Source: Nitrososphaerota archaeon
GTDB lineage: Archaea > Thermoproteota > Nitrososphaeria > Nitrososphaerales > Nitrosopumilaceae
DNA length: 45,032 nt
Assembly: GCA_018263495.1 (NCBI GenBank)
Contig: JAANXC010000038.1
Location: 4 to 45,035 of the forward strand
Direction: 5' to 3'
Shown here: one piece after another, positions 16,257 through 26,216 of the stretch
Layout: each line of letters starts with the position of its first letter
How positions within the stretch are numbered: position 1 is the first letter of the stretch
Position numbers and translations under genes: made by a program
The notes under the pieces: model-generated
The model's database searches: none
Told to the model about the DNA's origin: nothing
The model's input: only the letters and a program-made list of their open reading frames with translations

Positions 16257-17153
16257 TTAATCTAGCCTAGCGCCGGAATCATCAATCTTTGAAGACAAAA
16301 CGAAACCATCGTATTTTTCTAAGATTTGCAAAACCTTCTTTTTTTTACTGCAAGGCACCAATGAAAAGATGGTCTCGCCAAACAGCGCAACGCCGCATTT
16401 TATACCATTTTTACGAAGCTCACTAACCACCTTTTCCATTTCTGGGGTTACGACCTTGATGTATTTTGCAAATTTCATCGATTTATCCTGAAACTCGTTT
16501 ATGTCCTTGGACTTGATCAGATCCTGAACCATCTTGCCTCCCAATCCATTGACTAGGGAAATTTTCTCGCCCAGAAACTTCTTGGTAGAGATCGGGTTAA
16601 AGCAGACTACCAGTACATCTAACTTCTCCTTGGGATCTATCTTTTCAAGTTCGCCCACTCCAGGTGCACCAGATTTGGTACGAATCTCGAACCCACCATG
16701 ATATGATGCCAAGACATCACCAAGGCCAGTCTTGCATCTTATTTCAGCCAAGTGAGCGATCTGCGCCGCCTCAGTTTTTGTGTAGCCGGTATTGAGTGCC
16801 TGATTCAGTGCAAGTGACAATGATAGTGCAACTGCTGCGCTGCAGCCAAGCCCATATCCTACGGGCACATCCAGCTCGTGAATCACATCAACAAAATAAT
16901 CGTCATTGCCAACAAGAAACTCGTTCAGCACATATTCAGAAACTCGGACGTCACCAGTCTTGAATCCCTTGATTTGGATATGGAACTTTGTAGCATTGTT
17001 AGGATTCCTAGAACTTAGAATGACTGTTGTTTTTACTCCCTTTTGAATTGAAAATCCAGCACCCAATGAACCAATGCGGTTTGGATCATTTCCCTCAAGC
17101 TCCGCCTTGAAGAAGCCTGTAATGTGGGCTGGGCAAAATGCGCTTGCCATCAT
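16257..17153 (-). CDS. Pantoate kinase (GHMP family, PoK)
   Basis: AFCPAHITGFF, GSLGAG, PVGYGLGCSAA, AHLAEI...TGLGDV. Confidence 0.93.
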   Translation of the reverse strand: MMASAFCPAHITGFFKAELEGNDPNRIGSLGAGFSIQKGVKTTVILSSRNPNNATKFHIQIKGFKTGDVRVSEYVLNEFLVGNDDYFVDVIHELDVPVGYGLGCSAAVALSLSLALNQALNTGYTKTEAAQIAHLAEIRCKTGLGDVLASYHGGFEIRTKSGAPGVGELEKIDPKEKLDVLVVCFNPISTKKFLGEKISLVNGLGGKMVQDLIKSKDINEFQDKSMKFAKYIKVVTPEMEKVVSELRKNGIKCGVALFGETIFSLVPCSKKKKVLQILEKYDGFVLSSKIDDSGARLD

Positions 17154-17216
17154 GGATCGATTTAAACTAAAGTAAAAATATAAGAATATGGCTTATACTA
17201 ATTAAACTAGTTTAAA

Positions 17217-18197
17217 TTGTCTAAATTTACGCGACGCCTGCAGAAGATTGGCAGCAGCATCTTAGTCTCGCTTCCAAAGCAGTGGATAGATGACCACAAT
17301 CTAGAGAAGAGCTCACAGGTCCAGATTGAGACTTTAGAAAATAGTCTGTCCATCACAGCAGGTGAGGGCAAGAAACTATCCAAGGAGATTGAGATAGAGT
17401 ATCCGCTTTCAGGAGAGGAAAACATAGCTGCCAACATCACTGGTGCATACCTGCTTGGATATGACATTATCAGGATTAATGGCAAGTCTACAATCTCGGT
17501 AAAAGACAGGGAAGTAATACGCGAATCAATGAGGAGGCTTGTTGGCATGGAAATTCTGGACGAGGACGCATCAAACATTACAGGTCAATTCCTGCTTGAC
17601 GAGACGTCGCTCAACCCGAAGACAATTTTCAAAAGGATGAGTTCAATCGCGCTTGGCATGTTTGATGAGACACTATCTGCTTTAACAACAGGCGATAGTA
17701 CAAACCTTCAGACAATCCCAAATCGTGATGATGAGATAAACAGGCAGTATTTCCTCCTTGTCCGCTTCATCAGGAGCACCATGGTTGACAGGAGGCTGGC
17801 TGGAATTTTTAACCTGGAAAACATAGACATCTTGGATTACAGGATAGCTGGGAACATTCTTGAGACAGCCGGTGACACAATCGTTGACCTGTCAAAATCC
17901 ATATCGGGTACTTCCCTATCGGGCACTGATCAGAAGAAAATATACGATATTGCAAAGGACATTGAAAAAATCCAGAAAAAGTCAATTGATGCATTTATCA
18001 CGAATAACCGCTCTCTGGCAATAGAGGCCATAAAATTACACAAGCAGTATCAGGACAAAATTTCCAAAACTCGCTTATCACTTGAACACAAAAAGCAGAC
18101 GCCGATTGCATTCTTGGACTTGATTTACATATTTGAAAAAATTGCGCAGTCTTGGTCAGATATATCCGATCTGGTCCAGCCAACTTATCGAAGATAA
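17217..18197 (+). CDS. AbrB-PhoU phosphate uptake regulator-like protein
   Basis: RRLQKIGSSILVSLPKQW AbrB N-terminus, GAYLLGYD, RDDEINRQYF and PhoU-like repeats. Confidence 0.9.
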   Translation: MSKFTRRLQKIGSSILVSLPKQWIDDHNLEKSSQVQIETLENSLSITAGEGKKLSKEIEIEYPLSGEENIAANITGAYLLGYDIIRINGKSTISVKDREVIRESMRRLVGMEILDEDASNITGQFLLDETSLNPKTIFKRMSSIALGMFDETLSALTTGDSTNLQTIPNRDDEINRQYFLLVRFIRSTMVDRRLAGIFNLENIDILDYRIAGNILETAGDTIVDLSKSISGTSLSGTDQKKIYDIAKDIEKIQKKSIDAFITNNRSLAIEAIKLHKQYQDKISKTRLSLEHKKQTPIAFLDLIYIFEKIAQSWSDISDLVQPTYRR

Positions 18198-18198
18198 A

Positions 18199-18714
18199 TT
18201 ACAGTAGTTTTTTCTTTGCAGCGTAAATCATAACTGCGCAAATTGTTTTGGAGTCAATTATTTTTCCGGTTTTGATCATGCCTATTAGTTTCTTAATATC
18301 CATTTTTACTACTGTGATAAACTCATCATTATCCAACTCTAACTCAAATTTCCTTTTCAGGCCAGACGCAACGAAAATATGGATTTCCTCTTTGTTGTAG
18401 CCAACTGAGGGAAAATAGGAAATCAATTTGGTCATTTTTTTCGCTTCATACCCAGTTTCTTCAATTATCTCACGGTACGCACAGCTGATTGGCTTTTCAC
18501 GTTTTTCAAGTGTGCCTGCTGGAATTTCCAGAATGTAGCCATGGGGGAATCTATGCTGTTTTACTAAAATGACTTTACCATTTTCATCAAATGCCAAAAT
18601 TGCAGCAGCGCCTGGATGCTGAATTAACTCACGGCGAACCTTCCGTCCTTCTACTGTCAGATTATAAACATCAATGCTGACTGGTTTTCCTTTGTAGACT
18701 GTCTTTTTTTTCAT
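18199..18714 (-). CDS. Nudix hydrolase (ADP-ribose pyrophosphatase-like)
   Basis: EIPAGTLEKREKPISCAYREIIEETGY Nudix box; HPGAAAI; IIDSKT. Confidence 0.92.
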   Translation of the reverse strand: MKKKTVYKGKPVSIDVYNLTVEGRKVRRELIQHPGAAAILAFDENGKVILVKQHRFPHGYILEIPAGTLEKREKPISCAYREIIEETGYEAKKMTKLISYFPSVGYNKEEIHIFVASGLKRKFELELDNDEFITVVKMDIKKLIGMIKTGKIIDSKTICAVMIYAAKKKLL

Positions 18715-19625
18715 TGTTCTATAGGTACATGTAACTTCATAGATCTTGACGCATTTTTGACCGAATTGCTTATCCAGTTTGTTGGCATCGTTATTTTTTT
18801 TGGGAAAAACACTTCCGTAAAGGCAACCCCGTCAGTACACTTGATCTTGTGGTGCATTATGTCCGCATTGTAGATGTTATCGCTGTACATGAATAGAACC
18901 AGCATTTCCTTGGCAGTGAATGGAACTTGCCAGAAATAGTCACCAAATCCAGCTTCTATTTCTTTTAGAACTTTTTTGGTATCGTTTTGCACCATCGCAA
19001 GGAGTGCAAACGCAATGAATTTTTCCAGTTTCCTTGGGTCATAGATTATGGTAAACTGGATAGCTGGATTTGCCTCAAATTTTTCAATAGCCCTTGTAAC
19101 GGTTTTTGCCGACAGTTTTGCGGATTTGGAAATGGAATCAATTTTTTCCCTTGGATTTTTCAACAGCTGTTCAAGAATCTTAAAGTCCGTCTTGGTCAGG
19201 TCCGCCCGAAATTCAGATTCTTTTGGATCCAAGGTTAGAACAATCCTAGCATTGCTAATGAGATTTTTCACTAGTTCCGTCTTTTGTTCCACGTCTTTTT
19301 CAACCACAATCCCGCAGGCCGTTATGTCACCAAGGCAAGGTACAACAAAAAATGGCTCCCCAATCAGTTTCAGTTTTTTGACTATGTCAGCCTCATCGTC
19401 ACCTGGTACGATCAAGTAGATTATACTGTACCCCAAAGATGGTGGTTCCACCTTCATGGTAAAGTTCTGAATAACTCCTGCCCTTTCCATTTTAGATATT
19501 CGTGATTTTACTGACACACCTGACAAGCCAACTTTCTTACCAATCTGTCTGTCTGGCGTTCTGCAGTTGATAGTTAAAATTCCGAGAATTTTCATATCAT
19601 AATTGTCTAATTTGTTAAGTTTCAA
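18711..19625 (-). CDS. Lrp/AsnC-type transcriptional regulator with duplicated wHTH
   Basis: Two HTH units, LDNYDMKIL...SVKSRISKM and LTKTDFKIL...TVTRAIEKF. Confidence 0.88.
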   Translation of the reverse strand: MKLNKLDNYDMKILGILTINCRTPDRQIGKKVGLSGVSVKSRISKMERAGVIQNFTMKVEPPSLGYSIIYLIVPGDDEADIVKKLKLIGEPFFVVPCLGDITACGIVVEKDVEQKTELVKNLISNARIVLTLDPKESEFRADLTKTDFKILEQLLKNPREKIDSISKSAKLSAKTVTRAIEKFEANPAIQFTIIYDPRKLEKFIAFALLAMVQNDTKKVLKEIEAGFGDYFWQVPFTAKEMLVLFMYSDNIYNADIMHHKIKCTDGVAFTEVFFPKKITMPTNWISNSVKNASRSMKLHVPIEQ

Positions 19626-19719
19626 TGTAAGTATATGATAATTAGTGGTTATTATAGTTAATTATGTCTTATATGTTAGCACTATGGTACAAATCCTTTA
19701 TATTTTGTACAATTAAATT

Positions 19720-21006
19720 TTGTACATGGATTACCGACTTCATCTGGCAAAGAGAATGCTGGTAAACAAAAAGGGAAGCTTGATTGGGGCAGTGCTGGCC
19801 GTCTCGATTGGAATTTTAGTAATCAATGTAAATTTTGTAATTTTTCAGGGAATCTATGACGCCATAATCCGTGACATGTCGGATTACCGTTTTGGAGACA
19901 TTTACGTTTATGACGAAGAGAGATCTACAATTGAAAAATCAGACATTGTTTTAATTAATTGGTTTGAACGAATCCCAGGTGTTGAGGCAGCAACGCCGAG
20001 GTTAGAAGCGTCGGCAACTGCAGAGACTAGAATTTTAGGACAGCAACATGAGAAGTTTAACGTACCAGTTCTTGGTGTTGATCCCATTTCTGACATTAGG
20101 ACATCAACTATCCACGAAACGGTGGGTGATGGGCAATACGTCTATGCTCGCAATTCAATTGTTGTTGGAGAATCAGTTGCATCTGATCTTGGAGGTTGTT
20201 CCCAAGGCGGATTTTTCATGTCTAGCGGAACTGATCCTACAGTAACAGGAGATATCGACACAGATGAATGCAAACCAGTCCGGGTTGGTGATAGTGTAAA
20301 ACTTACTGTAACAGACCAATGGGGCATCGACCAAAAAAAGCGGTTCGTTGTAACTGGCATTTCTGGAACTGCGGGCGGACAGGGATTTGACAGAAGCGTC
20401 ATCATTCACATAGACACTTTGCGTGACATGTTGGATAGGTCAGGTGAATCAAGATCAATTATGGTTAGATTGCAAGAATCAGCAAGCCCTTATGACGCAA
20501 AACAAATTAAAAACCAATTCTTACAGGCATTTCCAAATGATAACCTAAGGGCTGAAACTATTGAGGAATCTGCAGAATCAACTCTTGCAGGATTTAGATC
20601 TGGAATTGCCATGATTAATTTAATTGGCTATTTCGGAATGGGGTCATCCGCCTTTGCCATCCTTACCATACAAATGATGTTGGTAAACAGCAAAACAAGG
20701 GAAATTGGCATTATGCGAGCCATTGGCGCTAGACGCAAAGACATTTTGATTCTGTTCATCATGCAGGGAATGATTATTGGTGCAATGGGTGCTGGTGCAG
20801 GTACCGCATTGGGTCTGGGTTACACTACCTATGCCAAAATAACAAACATGGAGTTTCAGGGCAGTTTGGCACTAGAGGTTAACTACAACTGGCAAAAAAT
20901 CGGCGAGACAGCTTTCCTTGCATTCATTTTGGCCATGATTGCGTCAATATATCCCTCGTATCGTGCTACGAAAAAACAACCAGTGGAGGCGATGAGATCT
21001 GTCTGA
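19720..21006 (+). CDS. ABC exporter permease (MacB/LolE/FtsX family)
   Basis: N-terminal TM, large extracellular domain, KTREIGIMRAIGA motif, C-terminal YPSYRATKKQPVEAMR. Confidence 0.93.
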   Translation: MYMDYRLHLAKRMLVNKKGSLIGAVLAVSIGILVINVNFVIFQGIYDAIIRDMSDYRFGDIYVYDEERSTIEKSDIVLINWFERIPGVEAATPRLEASATAETRILGQQHEKFNVPVLGVDPISDIRTSTIHETVGDGQYVYARNSIVVGESVASDLGGCSQGGFFMSSGTDPTVTGDIDTDECKPVRVGDSVKLTVTDQWGIDQKKRFVVTGISGTAGGQGFDRSVIIHIDTLRDMLDRSGESRSIMVRLQESASPYDAKQIKNQFLQAFPNDNLRAETIEESAESTLAGFRSGIAMINLIGYFGMGSSAFAILTIQMMLVNSKTREIGIMRAIGARRKDILILFIMQGMIIGAMGAGAGTALGLGYTTYAKITNMEFQGSLALEVNYNWQKIGETAFLAFILAMIASIYPSYRATKKQPVEAMRSV

Positions 21007-21703
21007 TGTTGCATTACAATTAGAAAATTTGACCAAGATCTACGGTGAAGCAGAAACCAAGGTTACAGCACTTGACAACGTTTCATTTTCTGTAAAGAAG
21101 GGTGAATTTGTATTGGTTATAGGAAGCTCTGGTTCCGGAAAATCTACCTTACTAAACATGGTTGGATTATTGGATAGACCAACAGAAGGGAGAGTTCTGA
21201 TAGATGGATTTGACACAAGTGACTTGACTGATAACGAGATCTCTGCATTTAGAAATGAAAAACTAGGCTTTGTTTTCCAGTTTTCCAATCTTCTGGCTGA
21301 TCTTACTGTATTAGAAAATGTCCTTCTTCCTAGCCAAATACAGTTAGACTCTCCAACCAGTGACAAAGCAAAGGAGATTCTTGAAAAAGTTGGCTTGAAA
21401 GATCAATTATTCAAAAGGGCAAACAAAATTTCTGGTGGTCAGGCTCAAAGAGCTGCCATTGCGCGCGGGCTAGTCAACAATCCAACAATAGTTTTAGCAG
21501 ATGAACCCACGGGAAACTTGGATTCTGTTACTGCAAAAAACGTCGTTGAAGTAATGAAGAAAATGGCAAAGGATCTAGGGCAGACCTTCATCGTTGTGAC
21601 TCACGAGAGAGCACAGTTTGGAGACGTTGATCGAGTTATTACGATTAAGGATGGTCGTGCATTTGAAGGAGAACACACCACAGAGCTGGAGGTTGTTGCA
21701 TAA
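20999..21703 (+). CDS. ABC transporter ATP-binding protein (LolD/MacB-like)
   Basis: GSSGSGKS Walker A, ISGGQ signature, VLADEPTGNLD, VTH. ORF track start is TTG 21029; I propose CTG 20999 (see findings). Confidence 0.93.
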   Translation: MSDVALQLENLTKIYGEAETKVTALDNVSFSVKKGEFVLVIGSSGSGKSTLLNMVGLLDRPTEGRVLIDGFDTSDLTDNEISAFRNEKLGFVFQFSNLLADLTVLENVLLPSQIQLDSPTSDKAKEILEKVGLKDQLFKRANKISGGQAQRAAIARGLVNNPTIVLADEPTGNLDSVTAKNVVEVMKKMAKDLGQTFIVVTHERAQFGDVDRVITIKDGRAFEGEHTTELEVVA

Positions 21704-23031
21704 TGAGTTTTGCAAAATTTGCCTTTTTATTGGTGCTAGTTTGTAGCATTCCAGTATTTCATGCATATGGACAATTAGATGATAAACCTGCGCAGGGAAT
21801 TTTGCGATCAGGCATAGTTGGAGTAAAATTGCTTGACGCTTACTTTGGGACTTCAACGGAAAAAATGGAAGTTGGGCCTGGTGACAAAAATGTTCCATTT
21901 ACGGTAGAATTTGCTAACATATCTACAGCCGATATAGTTGGCATTAAAGGACAGCTATCTGTACCAACATACTTCCATTCACCACAGGGAATAAACTATC
22001 CAATTCTTGCAGATAGTAACGCAAAAGCAACGCTAGGAAGCAATTTTCATCTTACATTTTATCTAGACATATCTGACGGTGCATTAATCAAAACTTATCC
22101 CGGCTCTGTAGAAATAGACTATTCAAGATTAAAATCATCTGGGGTAAGAGAGAACTCATTTCAGTTTACTTTTACTTTACCAGGAGAAAGCATTCTAAAT
22201 CTCAAATCTCTCACTCCTGTGATAACCTCAATCACAAAGAATGATGTAACCTTAGAAATTTCGAATTATGGTTCTGCCACCTTGTCAAACGTTGATGTTG
22301 TATTACAAAACACAGGCACATCAATTTCTTCTGCAAGCACATCTACTACAAATGTAGAGAAAGTAATTTTTGATCAAAATCACTGGAAAATAGGAAACAT
22401 TGATCCAAACTCTGCGAAGACATTTTCATTTAATGTGTTTGTTCCAGAAAGTTTGAAAAACGAGCCACTACGTATTCCCATGAAGATAACTTATTCCAAT
22501 GCACATGGAGATAAACAATCGCTGACAAGAGTTGCAGATCTTTACATTAACGGTTTGATCAAACCGTCGATTTATGGGGTGAAGGTAATCGAACTGTCAG
22601 GAAAGAAGACGGTAATTGGTGAAATACTAAACGAAGGAAATGCTGATGGTTTGTTTGGATTTGTTAAATTACTGCCACGAGGTGATTCTAACATCAAGGA
22701 GTCTTCTCAATACATAGATGAGATAGAGCCTGATTCACCGGTTCCGTTTAACGTTCCAATAGAATCTAACGGCTTGCTTAGTTTTGGAGAACATGACGTT
22801 AGGATCATAGTTTCATACAAAGACGCAGTTCGTGACGAACATACTGTTACGTATGATACCACGATTACAATCGTTCCATTTGAGGATAACACTGATTATG
22901 GCTCGATGATAGGTGGATTAATTTTTCTAGCAATTGTGATTGCAATTGGCTATAAATTATACAGCAAAGGCAAGATTCCATTTATCAAAAAAGGGAAAAT
23001 TCCATACATTAGTAAAAATACAGAATCCTAG
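21703..23031 (+). CDS. Membrane-anchored Ig-like / S-layer-domain (COG1361-like) protein associated with the ABC exporter
   Basis: Signal peptide, repeated beta-rich units (ISNYGSATLSNV, GNIDPNS, ILNEGN), C-terminal TM plus basic tail. Confidence 0.8.
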   Translation: MSFAKFAFLLVLVCSIPVFHAYGQLDDKPAQGILRSGIVGVKLLDAYFGTSTEKMEVGPGDKNVPFTVEFANISTADIVGIKGQLSVPTYFHSPQGINYPILADSNAKATLGSNFHLTFYLDISDGALIKTYPGSVEIDYSRLKSSGVRENSFQFTFTLPGESILNLKSLTPVITSITKNDVTLEISNYGSATLSNVDVVLQNTGTSISSASTSTTNVEKVIFDQNHWKIGNIDPNSAKTFSFNVFVPESLKNEPLRIPMKITYSNAHGDKQSLTRVADLYINGLIKPSIYGVKVIELSGKKTVIGEILNEGNADGLFGFVKLLPRGDSNIKESSQYIDEIEPDSPVPFNVPIESNGLLSFGEHDVRIIVSYKDAVRDEHTVTYDTTITIVPFEDNTDYGSMIGGLIFLAIVIAIGYKLYSKGKIPFIKKGKIPYISKNTES

Positions 23032-23115
23032 ACACACATGACACATTCTTTATGCGTACTAGGCTGAGTATTTGTTAGCTGAAATGTTTTTTAGTATGTG
23101 TTTAAGAGGTACCAT

Positions 23116-23167
23116 GGAAAAGAGACAGTCAGATTAAGATTATCTTGATTGACTTATCTCTTTCTCC
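23116..23167. other. Long intergenic hairpin (about 22 bp stem)
   Basis: GGAAAAGAGACAGTCAGATTAAGA pairs with TCTTGATTGACTTATCTCTTTCTCC around a 3-nt loop, with small bulges. Confidence 0.55.
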
Positions 23168-23251
23168 GCTTTCTATTAACATTAATTTCCAAAATGGCAT
23201 AGATCGCCCAGCTAATAATATAAGCAATTACAGAAATACTCGATCATCAAA

Positions 23252-23626
23252 ATGAAAGAAATTGAAGTCCCAAAGCACCTAAGACAATTCATGTTGGAAG
23301 GAGCACAAGAGACTAAGCTTGGCGACAAAAAGGGCGCAAAAAAACAATATCGTTATGGAAACTTGCACATACGTGAATATGATGACAAGTATACTGTCCA
23401 CATGGACAAGTACGACCCGAGAAGTGATCCAATACGTCATTTGGTTTGGGATGCTCCAGAAGTACTAATTGGATTGGCTGGCGCAATTATTGGGGGCAGT
23501 AAGGTTGGGTCTTATCTTTATAACAAAAACAAAAGCACAAAACAATCATCAATCTTTTCTGGCTTGATCGCTTCTTTGGTGACAGGGTATGCATCATACA
23601 TTATTTCAAAAAAACTAAGGGAGTAA
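23252..23626 (+). CDS. Conserved archaeal membrane-associated hypothetical protein
   Basis: QYRYGNLHIREYDD.Y..H.D..DP..DP..HL..DAPE followed by two hydrophobic segments. Confidence 0.8.
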   Translation: MKEIEVPKHLRQFMLEGAQETKLGDKKGAKKQYRYGNLHIREYDDKYTVHMDKYDPRSDPIRHLVWDAPEVLIGLAGAIIGGSKVGSYLYNKNKSTKQSSIFSGLIASLVTGYASYIISKKLRE

Positions 23627-23630
23627 GACA

Positions 23631-25181
23631 TTGATACTTGTAAGAACGATTCATGTGTTCATCAAACTGATTCCGGCAATACTAGCTCTAAGAAAGGACC
23701 GCATTCTTTGGATCTCACAGGAAGGAAAAGACATTGATGAGAAAAGGTTTCGAAGAAACGCACAAAGAGTTCTAAACACATGCATCTCACTTGGTCCTGT
23801 CTTTATCAAGTTTGGGCAGTGGCTTTCATCACGTGCAGACATCTTACCACAGCCCTATCTTGAGGAATTATCTAAATTACAAGACAGTGTACCGGCTGTT
23901 TCATTTGAGAAAGTAAGACCAATAATTGAGAAAGACATTGGTAAGATTGAAGAAAAGTTTGATGAGCTGGATCAAAACTCATTATCTGGGGCATCACTTG
24001 GTCAAGTGCATCTAGCAATAAAGAACGGACAACAAGTAATAGTCAAGGTAAAGCGACCAGGAATTGAAAAACAAGTAGAAAAAGATCTCAAAGTTTTGAT
24101 GAAGATAATTCCTTTTGCAATGAAGTTCGTTGACCCAAACTTGAGGTTCTCAATCATTCCGATAATGAAACAGTTTGGCGAGTCAATTCATGAGGAAATG
24201 GATTATTCCAAGGAGTCTGAAAATCTAAAGAAAATAAAAAAAAATATGGAGGCATACGATAACGTAGTAATTCCGGAGGTTCATGACGACTATTCAACAA
24301 AGAATGTTCTCACAATGGAGTACATTCCGGGAATCAAGATAACCAACATTGAGGAGCTTGATAAAAATGGAATTGATAGGCAAAAACTAGTCATCGACGT
24401 ACACAAAGTCTTCTTTACGATGCTTTTGCGACATTCTATCTTCCATGCAGACCCACATCCGGGAAACATATCAGTCAAGGATGATGGAACATTAATCCTG
24501 TATGACTTTGGAATGATTGGAAGGCTAAATGATGAGACTAGATTACGCCTTGTACGCCTTTATCTTGCCCTTGTGGAAAAAAACCCTCCAAGAACTGTAA
24601 ACGCAATGGATGAGCTTGGAATGTTAGCACCTGACTTTAACCGAGAAGTAATAGAGCAAGGAATTGATATGTCTATAAAATCAATGTATGGCAAAAAGCC
24701 AGACGAGATGGAAGTTGAAGCGTTGATGGCTTTAGCCAACAGGACAATGTCAAAATTCCCATTCAAGCTTCCAAAACATCTTGCATTGTATCTTAGAATG
24801 TCAACAATCATCGAGGGAATCTATCACACCCATAAGGTTGATTTCAAGTTCATCAAAGTTCTAAGACAAATTCTAGAAGAGGAAAGTTTGATCAAGGATG
24901 CATACATAGAGGAGATCAAACATTCATTCAAAAGGTTTGCAAAGACACTTGATGACACTCTTACAATTGCGCCGGAGATAAAAAAATTCATGGATGAGAA
25001 CCGTGTTCTGCAGCAAAAAAATAAGCATAGTTCGAATATGTTATTGTCAGGAAGTATTTTGTCTGGCGCTGTGTTTTTTGGCTCTGCATTCCTGTTCCAG
25101 TCAAACGAAACCATTGGAATGATTGGAATGATTGCGTCTGCAGCAATTATGGGAATATTTGTAGCATCTAGAAATCGTTAA
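23631..25181 (+). CDS. AarF/ABC1/UbiB family atypical kinase
   Basis: LGPVFIKFGQ, ASLGQVH, VKVKRP, FHADPHPGN, YDFGM; C-terminal TM segments. Confidence 0.95.
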   Translation: MILVRTIHVFIKLIPAILALRKDRILWISQEGKDIDEKRFRRNAQRVLNTCISLGPVFIKFGQWLSSRADILPQPYLEELSKLQDSVPAVSFEKVRPIIEKDIGKIEEKFDELDQNSLSGASLGQVHLAIKNGQQVIVKVKRPGIEKQVEKDLKVLMKIIPFAMKFVDPNLRFSIIPIMKQFGESIHEEMDYSKESENLKKIKKNMEAYDNVVIPEVHDDYSTKNVLTMEYIPGIKITNIEELDKNGIDRQKLVIDVHKVFFTMLLRHSIFHADPHPGNISVKDDGTLILYDFGMIGRLNDETRLRLVRLYLALVEKNPPRTVNAMDELGMLAPDFNREVIEQGIDMSIKSMYGKKPDEMEVEALMALANRTMSKFPFKLPKHLALYLRMSTIIEGIYHTHKVDFKFIKVLRQILEEESLIKDAYIEEIKHSFKRFAKTLDDTLTIAPEIKKFMDENRVLQQKNKHSSNMLLSGSILSGAVFFGSAFLFQSNETIGMIGMIASAAIMGIFVASRNR

Positions 25182-25573
25182 TCTAGCGAGATCTCTTTTC
25201 CCTTCTTTGTGATTGGGATTTCAATTGTTAGTACGCCATCAACATATTTTGCAGAGTTCACCTTCTCTTCTCCCTCTTTAACAGTTATTGGCAGCCTCAT
25301 TTTCTTGTCAATTACACGTGGACGTTGCTTCATTATGATTCTGCCATTCGCCACATCTTTTTTTTCTGCGTTGATTGACAACACGTTACCATTCATTGAA
25401 ACCTTGATGTCACTCTTTTCAAAGCCAGGTATATCGACTGTAACAATGAGATTATCATTTTCTTCATGCAGGTCAATAGGAGGCAATACAAACTCAAAAA
25501 ATTCTCTCGATTTGTCATCTATCTCCTTAAAAAATTCCTTAGCAACGTGCTTGACTAGTCCCATTTTGATCAC
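25178..25573 (-). CDS. Small heat-shock protein (Hsp20)
   Basis: PPIDLHE...VDIPGF.KSDI and AKYVDGVLTIEIP alpha-crystallin motifs. Confidence 0.95.
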   Translation of the reverse strand: MIKMGLVKHVAKEFFKEIDDKSREFFEFVLPPIDLHEENDNLIVTVDIPGFEKSDIKVSMNGNVLSINAEKKDVANGRIIMKQRPRVIDKKMRLPITVKEGEEKVNSAKYVDGVLTIEIPITKKGKEISLD

Positions 25574-25634
25574 CTATTTTTTTTACATTATAAAGTTTGA
25601 TAGATATTTAATCCTGAGGTGTTAATTTTACAAT

Positions 25635-26216
25635 ATGATTATTGCGCTTGAGGGTACTGATCAGGCCGGAAAGAAAACACAAACTACAATGCTAGCCAAG
25701 GCACTAAAAGCACAAAAAATCAAAACAGCAGTATTTGATTTTCCTGATTATTCAACTGTCATTGGCAAAGAAATCAATAGTTATCTTCATGGTAAAAGAA
25801 AATTTCCACCCAAAATTATTCATTATCTATATGCAGCAAACAGACACGAAAAACTAGAAGAGATTAAAAAATCTGCTGCAAAAAACTCTGTTTTAATAAT
25901 GAACAGATACTATCATTCTAATCTTGTTTATGGTATCGCAAATGGCTTGAAAGAAAAGTGGTTACAAAAACTGGAAGAAGGTCTTCCAAAGGCGGATCTT
26001 GTTATTGTCTTGGATGCTTCGCAAAGTGATTCATTTTCACGCAAAAAATCTAAAAGAGATAGATTTGAAAAAAATAAGGATTTTTCAAAAAAAGTATCTC
26101 AGATATATCGCAGGTTAGCAAAAAAGCATAGATGGAAGATAGTTAATGCTTCAGGCACCAAGCAAGAAATTCACAAGGAAGTTCTCAAAATTATTTTCAA
26201 AAAAATAACATCATGA
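25635..26216 (+). CDS. tmk: Thymidylate kinase
   Basis: IALEGTDQAGKKTQ P-loop, FPDY, AANR, MNRY..S..VYG. Confidence 0.94.
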   Translation: MIIALEGTDQAGKKTQTTMLAKALKAQKIKTAVFDFPDYSTVIGKEINSYLHGKRKFPPKIIHYLYAANRHEKLEEIKKSAAKNSVLIMNRYYHSNLVYGIANGLKEKWLQKLEEGLPKADLVIVLDASQSDSFSRKKSKRDRFEKNKDFSKKVSQIYRRLAKKHRWKIVNASGTKQEIHKEVLKIIFKKITS

